A DNA stretch of 64,000 nt. Origin: Parcubacteria group bacterium Gr01-1014_31 (GTDB lineage Bacteria > Patescibacteriota > Patescibacteriia > Buchananbacterales > GWA2-38-13). Positions within the stretch are counted from its first letter, which is position 1. The number at the start of each line of letters is the position of its first letter. The notes under the pieces were generated by a model, which was not told where the DNA came from, searched no databases, and saw nothing but the letters and a program-made list of their open reading frames with translations. The DNA is taken from NCBI GenBank assembly GCA_007376135.1, contig VMFR01000003.1:11660-75659 (forward strand). Reading direction: 5' to 3'. The position numbers were made by a program, and so were the translations under genes. Below, in pieces: positions 18,640-30,288 of the stretch.

Positions 18640-18948
18640 ATGTCCACCCTACTCCAGTTCCAAGCCGGTGAACTACCTTCGGGCCAGTGCCGCGCATATG
18701 CGACCGGCGGTATGACCGTGATGGTCTACCACCTGGCCGATACCTTCTACGCCACACAGGGGTTGTGCAGCCATGAGGACATGCCGCTCGAAGGAGGAGA
18801 GATCAAGGAGAACGTCATCCAATGCCCGTTCCATGATTCGCGGTTCAATATCCGGACCGGCAAGGTGCTGTCCGGGCCCGCCGAGCGCGGTTTGAAAATC
18901 TTTCCCGTCACCGTCGACGGTGGTACGGTAACGGTAACGTTGCCGTAA
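18640..18948 (+). CDS. Rieske-type ferredoxin
   Basis: CSH ... CPFH Rieske ligands. Confidence 0.92.
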   Translation: MSTLLQFQAGELPSGQCRAYATGGMTVMVYHLADTFYATQGLCSHEDMPLEGGEIKENVIQCPFHDSRFNIRTGKVLSGPAERGLKIFPVTVDGGTVTVTLP

Positions 18949-18949
18949 T

Positions 18950-20170
18950 ATGCCGATATCCGTTCGCCGCCGATTCCCCATATTCACGCGCCGCATCCAC
19001 GGCAATCCGCTGGCGTACCTGGATTCTGCCGCCACGACCCAGAAGCCCCTCGCCGTCCTTTCCGCCATGGACGATTTCTACCGACGCCATTGCGCCAATC
19101 CGCGCCGCGGACTGCATCAGCTGGGCGTGGAAGCGACCGCCATGGTGGAAGACGTCCGGCAGGAGGTCGCCGCGTTCATCGGCGGCCGTCCGGAGGAAGT
19201 GATATTCACTTCCGGTACGACCGCAGGCATTAATTTGGTTGCCTACGGCTGGGCGCCGCTGGCGCTGCGGGCAGGAGATACGGTGCTCGTCTCGTTGTTG
19301 GAACATCACTCCAATTTCGTGCCGTGGCAGCAGCTGGCTACGTTGCACCGCTGGCGGGTGCAATTCATCCCTGTCGGCGCAGGAGGGAAACTGGATACTC
19401 GTTGGCTGCGCACGCACCTGCATCGCCGCGTAAAACTTGTCTGTATCACGCACACGTCCAACGCGCTTGGCACGCAGCCGCCGCTGCCAGCGGTGGTTTC
19501 CGCCGCGCATCGGGTTGGCGCACGGGTGCTGGTGGATGCAGCGCAGGCGGTGGCCCACCAGTCTATCGATGTCCAGCGTCTAGATTGTGACTTTCTGGCA
19601 TTCTCCGGGCATAAGATGTATGGTCCGATGGGCGTGGGCGTGCTGTGGGGGAGGGCCGAACTGTTGCGGCAATCCCGTCCCTTCCACTACGGGGGCGAGA
19701 TGATCCGCCAAGTGCGCCAGCGGGGGACCACGTTTGCCGACTCCCCGGCGAAGTTCGAAGCCGGCACGCAGAATGCCGGCGGCATCGTCGGCCTCGGCGC
19801 GGCGATCAGGTGGATCAAGCAGCTCGGTTTTCGCGCCATCGCACGCCACGAACGGCAGCTGATGGTGTACGCGCTGCGCCGGCTGTCAGCGTTGCCCGGG
19901 GTCGTCCGGTATGGGCCGGCCGGCGTTGTCGGCCGCGGTCCGGTCATCAGTTTCAACCTTCGCGGGGTGCACGCGCACGACGTTGCCCAGATCCTGGACG
20001 CTCGGGGCATCGCGGTACGGGCGGGCCACCACTGCGCGATGCCGCTGATGGAACAGTTGAAGGTACCGTCCACCGTGCGGGTGAGTTTCGGAGCGTACAA
20101 TATAAAGGAAGACGTAGATCGACTTATCAAGGGGTTAAAGGAGGTACAGAGGATATTTAGTGGTAAGTAG
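18950..20170 (+). CDS. sufS: cysteine desulfurase SufS
   Basis: YLDSAAT, SGHKM, RAGHHCA. Confidence 0.95.
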   Translation: MPISVRRRFPIFTRRIHGNPLAYLDSAATTQKPLAVLSAMDDFYRRHCANPRRGLHQLGVEATAMVEDVRQEVAAFIGGRPEEVIFTSGTTAGINLVAYGWAPLALRAGDTVLVSLLEHHSNFVPWQQLATLHRWRVQFIPVGAGGKLDTRWLRTHLHRRVKLVCITHTSNALGTQPPLPAVVSAAHRVGARVLVDAAQAVAHQSIDVQRLDCDFLAFSGHKMYGPMGVGVLWGRAELLRQSRPFHYGGEMIRQVRQRGTTFADSPAKFEAGTQNAGGIVGLGAAIRWIKQLGFRAIARHERQLMVYALRRLSALPGVVRYGPAGVVGRGPVISFNLRGVHAHDVAQILDARGIAVRAGHHCAMPLMEQLKVPSTVRVSFGAYNIKEDVDRLIKGLKEVQRIFSGK

Positions 20171-20236
20171 TAAGTGCTAAGTGTAATTCATTGATTGGCC
20201 ATGACTTAGTACTTACTGCTGTGTACTTAGTACTTC
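20163..20236. repeat. inverted heptamer arrays filling the sufS-sufU junction
   Basis: gtaagta gtaagtg ctaagtg ... gacttag tacttac tgctgtg tacttag. Confidence 0.75.
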
Positions 20237-20239
20237 GCT

Positions 20240-20605
20240 ATGGACCTCTACCGTGAAAAAATCCTTGACCACTACCGGAACCCGCGGCAGTACGGGAAGG
20301 TCGCCGGTGCGACGCACCGGGCGGTGCGCGCAAACCCCGTGTGCGGTGACGAGGTCACGTTGACGGTGCGCGTGCGGCGCGGCACAATCGTCGACGTGCG
20401 ATTTTCCGGACGCGGGTGTGCCATTTCCACGGCGACCAATTCGCTGCTGCTGGAGTTACTGGTCGGCAAGACCGTTGCGGCCGTACGGCAGTTGCAGCCG
20501 GCGGCGGTGCTCAAGCTCTTGGGTGTTCCCATCGGACCGGCGCGTCACCACTGCGCCTTGCTGGGCTTTGAGGCGTTGCGCGAGGCCCTCGCCACGAAGC
20601 CCTAG
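20240..20605 (+). CDS. sufU: SufU/IscU-family protein
   Basis: ILDHYRNPR, NPVCGD, GCAIS, third Cys (HCALL). Confidence 0.9.
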   Translation: MDLYREKILDHYRNPRQYGKVAGATHRAVRANPVCGDEVTLTVRVRRGTIVDVRFSGRGCAISTATNSLLLELLVGKTVAAVRQLQPAAVLKLLGVPIGPARHHCALLGFEALREALATKP

Positions 20606-20620
20606 AATTTTTTGGAAAAT

Positions 20621-20653
20621 AAAAATCCCCCGGCGAATGCCGGGGGATTTTTT
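20621..20653. terminator. bidirectional intrinsic terminator
   Basis: aaaaatcccccggc-gaat-gccgggggattttt between convergent genes. Confidence 0.85.
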
Positions 20654-20674
20654 CTACCTACGTGTTGGCGTAGA

Positions 20675-20902
20675 TTAGAAGCGACCACCGCCGCCACCGA
20701 AGCTGCCGCGCATCGAATCGCGGCGCTTGCGGTTGCAGTCTCGGCAGTAGATCTTGCCGTAGGTCCCGTCTTCCTTGGTGGAAGGCTGGAACGGCAATTC
20801 CTTGACGTCCGTACCGCACTCCGCGCACTTGATATTCATGGCGGAGACGTCGTACATCTGCCGGGGTGGGCGAGAACCAAAATCTTGCATGTGGTTGTTC
20901 AC
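20675..20902 (-). CDS. CxxC-x17-CxxC zinc-ribbon protein
   Basis: CAECG..LPFQP..IYCRDC with RG-rich tail; TTGACA-N17-TATGCT promoter at 21006-20978. Confidence 0.85.
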   Translation of the reverse strand: MNNHMQDFGSRPPRQMYDVSAMNIKCAECGTDVKELPFQPSTKEDGTYGKIYCRDCNRKRRDSMRGSFGGGGGRF

Positions 20903-21137
20903 CGTCTCGTTGAATTGTTAAGTTATCGCTGACTAGGTGAACGACCTTTGAACTCCACCTACGCCGATAATAAAGACAGCATACACCAGAACGCGGTTTT
21001 TGTCAATCCTCCCGGATTTTGGGGTGCCTTGAACGGTCAAAGGAACCATGGTACCCTCAAGGTGCCGATTTTCCTCCGGTTGGGCGTCATCGGCAAGCGT
21101 TGCCCGCCGGTCGGCGGCATTTTTTAATTCCATGGCT

Positions 21138-21419
21138 ATGCCCGACGACCGCCAAGGTTCTCTGTGGGTGGCGCTGGGATTTGCCTGGCGCCTGGGCTAC
21201 AGCATCGCCGTACCGCTGGTCATCCTGCTGGCTTTGGGACGGTATCTGGACCGGCGGCTGGGCACCGAGCCGTGGCTGCTGATCACGGGGCTGGTGCTGT
21301 CGTTCGTTATGACCAATATCTTGATGTTCCGCGAGGCGGTACGGGTGATGAAGCAAGCGGAGGCCGCTGACCGCGGAAAAACATCCCCTCCGCCATCGTC
21401 CGCCGCGCCTTCTCGCTAG
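21138..21419 (+). CDS. AtpZ/AtpI family membrane protein
   Basis: LGYSIAVP..GRYLDRRLGTEPW; heads the atp operon. Confidence 0.8.
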   Translation: MPDDRQGSLWVALGFAWRLGYSIAVPLVILLALGRYLDRRLGTEPWLLITGLVLSFVMTNILMFREAVRVMKQAEAADRGKTSPPPSSAAPSR

Positions 21420-21433
21420 TCATTTTTGAGTCT

Positions 21434-22246
21434 ATGAGCACCCCGCTCGAGGAAACCGCGGTACAAGCCGGCGTTCAGGCCACCGAAGCGGCCGCAGAAA
21501 AAGCCGGTCCCGTCATCTCGCTGGCCGCCGAGAAGGTCGGCAGCGTGTTCGGTTTCCCCATCACCAATTCGCTGTTGGCCAGCTGGCTGGTGGTCGTAAC
21601 GCTGGCCGTTATCGGGATGCTGGTGCGGCGGCGGGTTGCCCTGGTCCCGCGCGGCCTGCAGAACGGGATGGAAGCAATCATGGAGTTCCTGTTGAACCTG
21701 GCTGATCAGGTGACCGGCGACCGCCGCCAAACGGAGCGGTTCTTTCCCCTCATCGCAACCATTTTTTTGTTCATCGTAACGGCCAACTGGTTCGGGCTGC
21801 TGCCGGTGGTCGGCCCGATCGGCGTCCAGGGTGTGCATAACGGGCACCCCGCGCTCATCCCGCTGTTGCGGTCGGCGAACGCCGACCTCAACACGACGCT
21901 GGCATTGGCCATTATTGCCGTCGTGTCGCTGCAGGTGTTTGGCATTGCGACCATCGGATTTGCCAAGTACGCCGGCAAATTCTTCAATTTCCATAATCCC
22001 ATTCTGTTCGCGGTCGGCATCCTGGAGCTGTTCGGCGAGGTGGCCAAGATGATCTCGTTCTCGTTCCGGCTGTTCGGCAACATTTTCGCCGGCGAGGTGC
22101 TGCTGATCGTCGTCAGCTCATTGGTCGCGTACATTGCGCCGTTGCCGTTCTACGGGCTGGAGCTGTTCGTCGGCTTCATCCAGGCGCTGGTGTTTGCCAC
22201 TCTGACCTTGGTGTTTCTGAAAATGGCGACCGAGGAGGCGCATTAG
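21434..22246 (+). CDS. atpB: ATP synthase F0 subunit a
   Basis: SFSFRLFGNIFAGE, FIQALVF. Confidence 0.96.
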   Translation: MSTPLEETAVQAGVQATEAAAEKAGPVISLAAEKVGSVFGFPITNSLLASWLVVVTLAVIGMLVRRRVALVPRGLQNGMEAIMEFLLNLADQVTGDRRQTERFFPLIATIFLFIVTANWFGLLPVVGPIGVQGVHNGHPALIPLLRSANADLNTTLALAIIAVVSLQVFGIATIGFAKYAGKFFNFHNPILFAVGILELFGEVAKMISFSFRLFGNIFAGEVLLIVVSSLVAYIAPLPFYGLELFVGFIQALVFATLTLVFLKMATEEAH

Positions 22247-22302
22247 GGGAGCAGGCGAGGCCAGAAAGGCTGGATCTTGTCAAGTGGACGGCACCTGGAG
22301 TA

Positions 22303-22330
22303 TTGACAATCGGCGATTTTTCCCTATACT
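22303..22330 (+). promoter_or_regulatory. internal promoter upstream of atpE
   Basis: TTGACA-N16-TATACT in a 129-nt gap. Confidence 0.6.
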
Positions 22331-22375
22331 AGTGGTGTTTTAAAAATTAACGCATTTAACCTTAACGACATTTCT

Positions 22376-22609
22376 ATGGCGTTAGATCCAGAAGTCGCAA
22401 AGAACTTCGCGACGGCGGCGGCGATCTCAATCGGGTCGATCATGCCCTCATTCGCGATCGGTCGCATCGCGGCCAAGGCGATGGAGTCCATCGGCCGCAA
22501 CCCGGAATCGGCCAGCAAACTCCAGACGCCGATGATCCTGGCCGTGGCCTTCGCCGAAGCCATCGCGATCTACGCGCTGGTGGTGGCGTTGGTGATTAAG
22601 TTCGTCTAA
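22376..22609 (+). CDS. atpE: ATP synthase F0 subunit c
   Basis: IGRNPE loop; FAEAIAIY with the ion-binding Glu. Confidence 0.96.
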   Translation: MALDPEVAKNFATAAAISIGSIMPSFAIGRIAAKAMESIGRNPESASKLQTPMILAVAFAEAIAIYALVVALVIKFV

Positions 22610-22643
22610 CCGGAGGGCCCTTCGCGAGTTCTTCTTTAGTTCC

Positions 22644-23147
22644 ATGGGCGATCTCGTCGGTAAACTTGGTTTGGACTGGCGTCTCCTGTTGGCCCAGGCG
22701 GTCAACTTCGGCATACTTTTGGGGGTGCTGACGTGGGCGGTGTACAAGCCGCTGCTAAAGGTGATGGAAGAGCGCCGCGCCACGATCGAGCGCGGGTTGA
22801 ACGATGCGGCTGCCGCCCGGCAAAAGCTGGCGTCCTTCGAGGCCTTCCAGCGCGAACAACTGCAGGAGTTCCGCAAAAAAGCCGATGCCATGCTGGCGGA
22901 AGCGACGCGTCTGGCCGAGCAGACGAAAAAGGAATCGGCCGCGCGTGCCGCCGACCAGGCGGCAAAGATCGTCCAGCAGGCCAAGCTCACCATTACTGCC
23001 GAACGCGAGCAGATGTTTCAGGAATTACGCGGGGAACTGGCCGACCTGGTGGCCGCGGCTGCCGGGAAAGTGGTCGCCGCTCGCGGCGTCAGCGCCGAGC
23101 AGCACCGGAAATTGGTTGATGCGGCCGTCACCGCTCTTAAACAATGA
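22644..23147 (+). CDS. atpF: ATP synthase F0 subunit b
   Basis: LLAQAVNF..YKPLLKVMEERR; coiled coil. Confidence 0.93.
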   Translation: MGDLVGKLGLDWRLLLAQAVNFGILLGVLTWAVYKPLLKVMEERRATIERGLNDAAAARQKLASFEAFQREQLQEFRKKADAMLAEATRLAEQTKKESAARAADQAAKIVQQAKLTITAEREQMFQELRGELADLVAAAAGKVVAARGVSAEQHRKLVDAAVTALKQ

Positions 23148-23512
23148 GCAAAGCCGTCGCCACGCCTGCCCAGTACGCCGCCGCCTTTTGGGCGGCGCTC
23201 CGCGATGCCACGCCGGCTCAGGAACCGCACCTGCTCGAGGGGTTCGCTCGGCTGTTGGCCGATGACCGGATGATTGGGCGTTGGCCCGAGATCGAGCAGG
23301 CCCTCGCGGCACTGGCAGTCGTTCGGACCGGTGCGGTGGCGCGGGCGCAGGATAGCGCGGACGTTGCCGACGCCCTGGGCCCGGGGGCAGACGTTACCAT
23401 GCAGCCGGAGCTGATCGCCGGGGCGCGGCTGCGGGCAGGAGATCGACTGGTGGATTCCAGTATCCTTGGCCAGCTCCAGCGGCTGCGCGACGCGCTGGCC
23501 GGTAATCGCTAA
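23144..23512 (+). CDS. atpH: ATP synthase F1 subunit delta (short, divergent)
   Basis: YA.A N-terminus, [16 protein letters not shown]; position between atpF and atpA. Confidence 0.8.
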   Translation: MSKAVATPAQYAAAFWAALRDATPAQEPHLLEGFARLLADDRMIGRWPEIEQALAALAVVRTGAVARAQDSADVADALGPGADVTMQPELIAGARLRAGDRLVDSSILGQLQRLRDALAGNR

Positions 23513-23532
23513 CTTTTCGAATTTTTTTCCGT

Positions 23533-25047
23533 ATGGCCGATACCCACGCCGTCATTGAACAGTTGAAAGAACGCCTCAAGGCGTACACGCCGAGCGTAAC
23601 TGCCGAAGAGGTGGGTACGGTGATTGTCGTGGGTGATGGCATTGCCCAGGTTTCCGGTTTGTCCCAGGTCGGGGCGATGGAAATGGTGGACATTGCCACG
23701 ACCGGCGGCAAGGTGGCCGGCGTCGCCTTGAACCTCGAGCAGTCCAAGTGCGGCGTGGTTGTCCTGGATGACGCTCATGGTATCAAGGTGGGCGACACCG
23801 TGCGCGCCAGCGGGCGCTTGCTGTCGGTGCCGGTCGGCGCCGGGGTCCTGGGTCGCGTGGTGGATGCGCTGGGCCGCCCGGTGGACGGGCGCGGGCCGTT
23901 CAAGGCGGAAAAATTTTACCCCGTGGAAAAGATCGCCCCCGGCGTGATCACCCGCAAGTCGGTGGATACGCCGTTGCAGACCGGCGTCATCGCCATCGAC
24001 GCCATCATCCCGATCGGCCGCGGCCAGCGTGAGCTCATCATCGGCGACCGTCAGACCGGCAAGACGGCGATCGCCATCGATGCCATTATCAATCAAGCCG
24101 GGCAAGGGGTGCAGTGCATCTACGTTGCCATCGGCCAGAAGGAATCCAAGGTCGCCAAGCTCGTCGAGAAATTGCGCGAGGCCGGAGCAATGGAGTACAC
24201 GGTCGTCGTGTCGGCGCCGGCGGCGGCGCCGGCGGCGTTGCAGTACCTGGCGCCCTACGCAGGCTGCGCCATCGGCGAATATTTCATGGAGCAAGGCAAG
24301 GACGCGCTGGTCGTCTACGATGACCTGTCCAAACATGCCGTGGCGTACCGGGAGATCTCCTTGCTCCTGAAGCGTCCGCCCGGCCGCGAAGCTTTCCCGG
24401 GTGATGTGTTCTACCTGCATTCGCGGTTACTGGAGCGCGCTGCTCGGTTGAACAACGACCACGGCGGCGGGTCGCTGACGGCCCTGCCGATCATCGAGAC
24501 GCAGGCTGGTGACATTTCCGCGTATATCCCGACCAACGTCATTTCCATCACCGACGGCCAGATTTACCTGGAATCCGACCTATTCTACCAAGGCATCCGG
24601 CCGGCGCTGAATGTCGGGCTGTCGGTGTCGCGCGTCGGTTCCGCTGCCCAGATCAAGGCCATGAAAAAGGTGGCTGGCAAGTTGCGGCTTGACCTGGCCC
24701 AGTTCCGCGAGCTGGCGGCGTTCGCGCAGTTCGGTTCCGACCTGGATGCGGCGACGCGCCAGTCCATCGAGCGCGGGGCACGCATTACGGAGATCCTGAA
24801 ACAGCCCCAGTACGCACCGTTACCCGTCGCGCAGCAGGTCGCGGTTTTGTACGCCGTCATCAATGGCCATTTGGATGGCGTGGCACTGGAGCGGATCGGG
24901 GAGTGGAAGACGCAGTTTTTGGTGCAGCTGGGAACCCGCCACCGGGCGTTGGGCGAGCAGCTCCGGCAGCAGCGCGAACTAGCTCCGGCGCTGGAAGAAC
25001 AGATGGTGGCAGCGATCAAGGAATTCACCGCCGCCTTTACGAAGTAG
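23533..25047 (+). CDS. atpA: ATP synthase F1 subunit alpha
   Basis: [29 protein letters not shown]. Confidence 0.98.
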   Translation: MADTHAVIEQLKERLKAYTPSVTAEEVGTVIVVGDGIAQVSGLSQVGAMEMVDIATTGGKVAGVALNLEQSKCGVVVLDDAHGIKVGDTVRASGRLLSVPVGAGVLGRVVDALGRPVDGRGPFKAEKFYPVEKIAPGVITRKSVDTPLQTGVIAIDAIIPIGRGQRELIIGDRQTGKTAIAIDAIINQAGQGVQCIYVAIGQKESKVAKLVEKLREAGAMEYTVVVSAPAAAPAALQYLAPYAGCAIGEYFMEQGKDALVVYDDLSKHAVAYREISLLLKRPPGREAFPGDVFYLHSRLLERAARLNNDHGGGSLTALPIIETQAGDISAYIPTNVISITDGQIYLESDLFYQGIRPALNVGLSVSRVGSAAQIKAMKKVAGKLRLDLAQFRELAAFAQFGSDLDAATRQSIERGARITEILKQPQYAPLPVAQQVAVLYAVINGHLDGVALERIGEWKTQFLVQLGTRHRALGEQLRQQRELAPALEEQMVAAIKEFTAAFTK

Positions 25048-25067
25048 CGTTACTTTTGCCTTCGCGT

Positions 25068-27421
<2,354 letters not shown>

Positions 27422-27889
27422 ATGGCGACCATCAAGTTCAAAATCGCGACGCCCGAGCGGCTGGTGCTGGAGACGGAAGCCGATTCCATTTCCGTGCCGA
27501 CCGTGCAGGGAGAGATCACCGTACTACCCAACCACGTGCCGTTGGTGGCTGCGTTGGAGCCGGGCGAGTTGACGATCCGCAAGGGCAGCGATGTCCAGCA
27601 TTTGGCCGTCGCCGGCGGTTTTCTCCAGGTCCAGGGCGGTGATGAGGTCGTTGTGCTGGCGGATGCCGCCGAACGCGTGGAGGAGATCGACGTCGCCCGG
27701 GCGGAGGCGGCCAAACAGCGCGCCGCTAAGCTGCAGACGGAGGCTGCCGATGACCGACAGTTTGCCGACCGTGCCGCACAGTTGGCCAAACATCTGGCGC
27801 GATTGCGCGTGGCACGGCGACGGCGCGCGCCGCATACCGGCCAAGAAGGCGACAGCCTGCGCACCGAGGGCACTCCGCCACCGGCGTAA
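27422..27889 (+). CDS. atpC: ATP synthase F1 subunit epsilon
   Basis: TPER, GEITVLPNHVPL, GGF, LADAAE. Confidence 0.95.
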   Translation: MATIKFKIATPERLVLETEADSISVPTVQGEITVLPNHVPLVAALEPGELTIRKGSDVQHLAVAGGFLQVQGGDEVVVLADAAERVEEIDVARAEAAKQRAAKLQTEAADDRQFADRAAQLAKHLARLRVARRRRAPHTGQEGDSLRTEGTPPPA

Positions 27890-27902
27890 CCGAATGGAAT
27901 TT

Positions 27903-27931
27903 AAAAAAACCGCCCCGCCGGGCGGTTTTTT
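27903..27931. terminator. bidirectional intrinsic terminator
   Basis: aaaaaaaccgccc-cgcc-gggcggtttttt. Confidence 0.85.
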
Positions 27932-27944
27932 GGTTCTACCCTCG

Positions 27945-28526
27945 CTAGCGGAAGCGGACGGGAAAGCGCAATTCCGCTGCATGCTCCGGCAGGCCGGACG
28001 GATTGTCCTTCTCCAGGACCAGCGTACCGGTGTCGGTCTGCGGGGCGGTGAATTCCAACCGCACGAGGAAAGGTACGTAGTCCTCGGTCATCCATTCGCC
28101 TTGCGCCTGCGCCGGCTGTATTACGATCTCTTTATTGTCGCCGTCCAGTAGTTTAACCGGGAACGAAGCCTCGAAATACCACGTGCCCCGGGCGGCGCCC
28201 GTCACCACGAGCGGGTTCCTGACAATGCTGTCGGGCAGCGGGCTATCCACATAGATGCGGTCTTCAAGTTCCGCGCGCGCGGGTCCCTCGACGAACATGC
28301 GGCCATCCGGAGTGCGGCATTGGCGTGGAAAGGATTCTTGGACCGGATTCCCGGCTGCCACGCAGTCGGAAAAACTTTGCGCCGCTATCGGCGTCGGGGT
28401 GGCTGCTCCTTGCGGAGTGCTGACACACCGTCCTCCGCCGCAGACCATCAGCAGTGCGACCAGTAGCGCGCCGACCACACACAGGCCAGCCACCGTGATC
28501 GCTGCGATTTTGAGCGGGTCGCGCAT
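27945..28526 (-). CDS. Gmad2 Ig-like domain membrane-anchored protein
   Basis: N-terminal TM; F.DC..AGNPV.ES.PRQC; G.ARGTWYFEASFPV..DNPSG. Confidence 0.8.
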   Translation of the reverse strand: MRDPLKIAAITVAGLCVVGALLVALLMVCGGGRCVSTPQGAATPTPIAAQSFSDCVAAGNPVQESFPRQCRTPDGRMFVEGPARAELEDRIYVDSPLPDSIVRNPLVVTGAARGTWYFEASFPVKLLDGDNKEIVIQPAQAQGEWMTEDYVPFLVRLEFTAPQTDTGTLVLEKDNPSGLPEHAAELRFPVRFR

Positions 28527-28590
28527 AGTATTGACTTCAGACTAGCGGAGTCGGCAGCCTTACACAAGGGGAAACTATCAACTCAGCATA

Positions 28591-28739
28591 CCCCGCAACC
28601 CTCGGCGGTACAAAGGCAATGGCGAACCGCTGCGCCCGAAACGGTGAGGGCCTATTCGGCCCGCGCGGTTCGCGAGGCGCCAGCCCGGAGTTCCTAATAC
28701 ACCATCAATTGATTGTATTTCGGCGCCGATGGTGCGGGG
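28591..28739. repeat. ~150-bp palindromic element, family 2 (CCCCGCA...TGCGGGG), copy 1
   Basis: imperfect inverted ends; ~60-nt core matches the reverse complement of 40194-40255. Confidence 0.75.
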
Positions 28740-28814
28740 TTGTTCCCAGCTCGCCATTCACCTTCGGTCCGATGGACATCGGACCTCGGGGTCTGGCGGC
28801 TGGAAACAAAAAGA

Positions 28815-28900
28815 CCCCGTTCCAGAGGTCATGACCTTCATTCCTTACGGAAAGACATGTGCTTGTGGTGCAAAGAAAATCGCGAGGCCCTGGAACGGGG
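28815..28900. repeat. 86-bp inverted-end element related to family 1
   Basis: CCCCGTTCCAG ... CTGGAACGGGG. Confidence 0.65.
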
Positions 28901-28968
28901 TTGAGGAGGGAGAGTGTACTTCCCTACCCAAAGAGCACCTCCAGTATACGGCGGGAGGTGCGGCAACG

Positions 28969-30180
28969 TCAACGCGGGTCGGCCAGGAGCTGCGACAGCA
29001 GCTGGTTGCGTTCCTTCATGGAGCGGGCGTGGAGGACCACCGCGATGGTTTCGCCGCGCCGGACGGCGACGGTGCGCTGGGCCTCAATGAGAAAACCGGA
29101 TTTGGCGCCGTCGGGGCCGAAACGCAGCAACGTAGCGTTGCGGTTGACGACCGGGATGTCGCGGGCGGTGCCATCCGGCCGACGGGCGGCGATGGTGAAT
29201 TGTCCCATGACCGACGTGCGAGCGATCTCGGGCTGGCTGAAAGCCGCCGCCGCCAGGCGCGCCATTTCGGCGGCCGTGGAAACATTGTAGGGATCCAAAC
29301 CGCTGGGGTCGGTGAAGCGGGTGCGGGTCAGGCCGAGCGCGTTGGCTTTGGTGTTCATCGCGGCCACGAATTCGCGTTCGGTCAAGCTGCTGGCGCCTGC
29401 CAGCATTCCGGCCGCTTGGTTGGAGGAGGCCACCAGCATCGCTCGCCACAGGTCGCGCACCGTCACGCGGTCGCCGGACGTGAACGGCACCTCGCTGGTG
29501 ACGTCGCCGGGGTCGACGTACAGCTGCGGATAGGCGAGGGCGTCGGCGGTGATGGGGACGACCTGGTCCCAATCGGGGTCGTGGTCGAGCAGTACCATCG
29601 CTGTCATCAGCTTGGTCAGCGACGCGATGGGCAGGATCTCATCGGCGCGGGTGCCATCGGCGATCTGGCCATCCTCAAGCCGGGCGGCGGCCACGCCGTT
29701 GAACGCGGGGTCAAAGGTGATCTGCCGCGTGTTCATCGGCACCTGGGCGAGGTCGGCGGTTTTCACCCCCAGGTGCGCGCGCAGCACGGCCGTCCAGCAG
29801 GATTCGGGGTCGTTCAAGGGAGTTGCCCGGCTGTCCAGCGGGCTGACGAAGTACAGCCGGCCGCGTTGTTCGGTCGCCAGCAGAAAGCGGCCCGACAACC
29901 GGCGGGCGAGTCCGCGGTCGCCGCCGCGCTTTCCGGCGGCGGGGAGTTTGTTCAGGTCCGCGGTGCGGATGCCCAGGGCAAGTTGCGGGGCCAGCTCCCA
30001 GCAGCCGCCGGGGTTCTGCAGAAAGTAACGTTTTCCGTCCCCCGGGTTGACGTACCAGGCTTGGCCGCGCTGGTCAGTCTGGAGCAAGACCCGGCCCGCG
30101 GCGCGTTGGGTTAACGGCGGCGCGGCGGCCAGCAACGGCAGCGGGATGATGAAGAGTCCGAGGAGAAAGAATTTGCGCAT
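28969..30180 (-). CDS. D-alanyl-D-alanine carboxypeptidase/endopeptidase (peptidase S11) with N-terminal repeats
   Basis: signal peptide; SLTK, SSN, KSG; two GR.LL....RG..WYV.P.D repeats. Confidence 0.88.
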   Translation of the reverse strand: MRKFFLLGLFIIPLPLLAAAPPLTQRAAGRVLLQTDQRGQAWYVNPGDGKRYFLQNPGGCWELAPQLALGIRTADLNKLPAAGKRGGDRGLARRLSGRFLLATEQRGRLYFVSPLDSRATPLNDPESCWTAVLRAHLGVKTADLAQVPMNTRQITFDPAFNGVAAARLEDGQIADGTRADEILPIASLTKLMTAMVLLDHDPDWDQVVPITADALAYPQLYVDPGDVTSEVPFTSGDRVTVRDLWRAMLVASSNQAAGMLAGASSLTEREFVAAMNTKANALGLTRTRFTDPSGLDPYNVSTAAEMARLAAAAFSQPEIARTSVMGQFTIAARRPDGTARDIPVVNRNATLLRFGPDGAKSGFLIEAQRTVAVRRGETIAVVLHARSMKERNQLLSQLLADPR

Positions 30181-30181
30181 A

Positions 30182-30282
30182 CCCGGTAGGACAACAGTCA
30201 AATATGGTGGTTTCCTCGTAACAATTGAGAGTGTACTTGCCCTGACGCAGACTTTTCCCCGCCCGTCCGTTGTACTACCGGG
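30182..30282 (-). mobile_element. ~100-bp inverted-end element, family 1 (copy B)
   Basis: CCCGGTAGGACAACAG ... CCGTTGTACTACCGGG flanked by CATA direct repeats. Confidence 0.8.
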
Positions 30283-30288
30283 CATACG

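Noticed and set aside
30178-30285. Conserved leader peptide encoded by family-1 elements
   Set aside because: The upstream ATG gives 11, 23 and 28 codons or an in-frame fusion in different copies, with no shared peptide beyond the arms.
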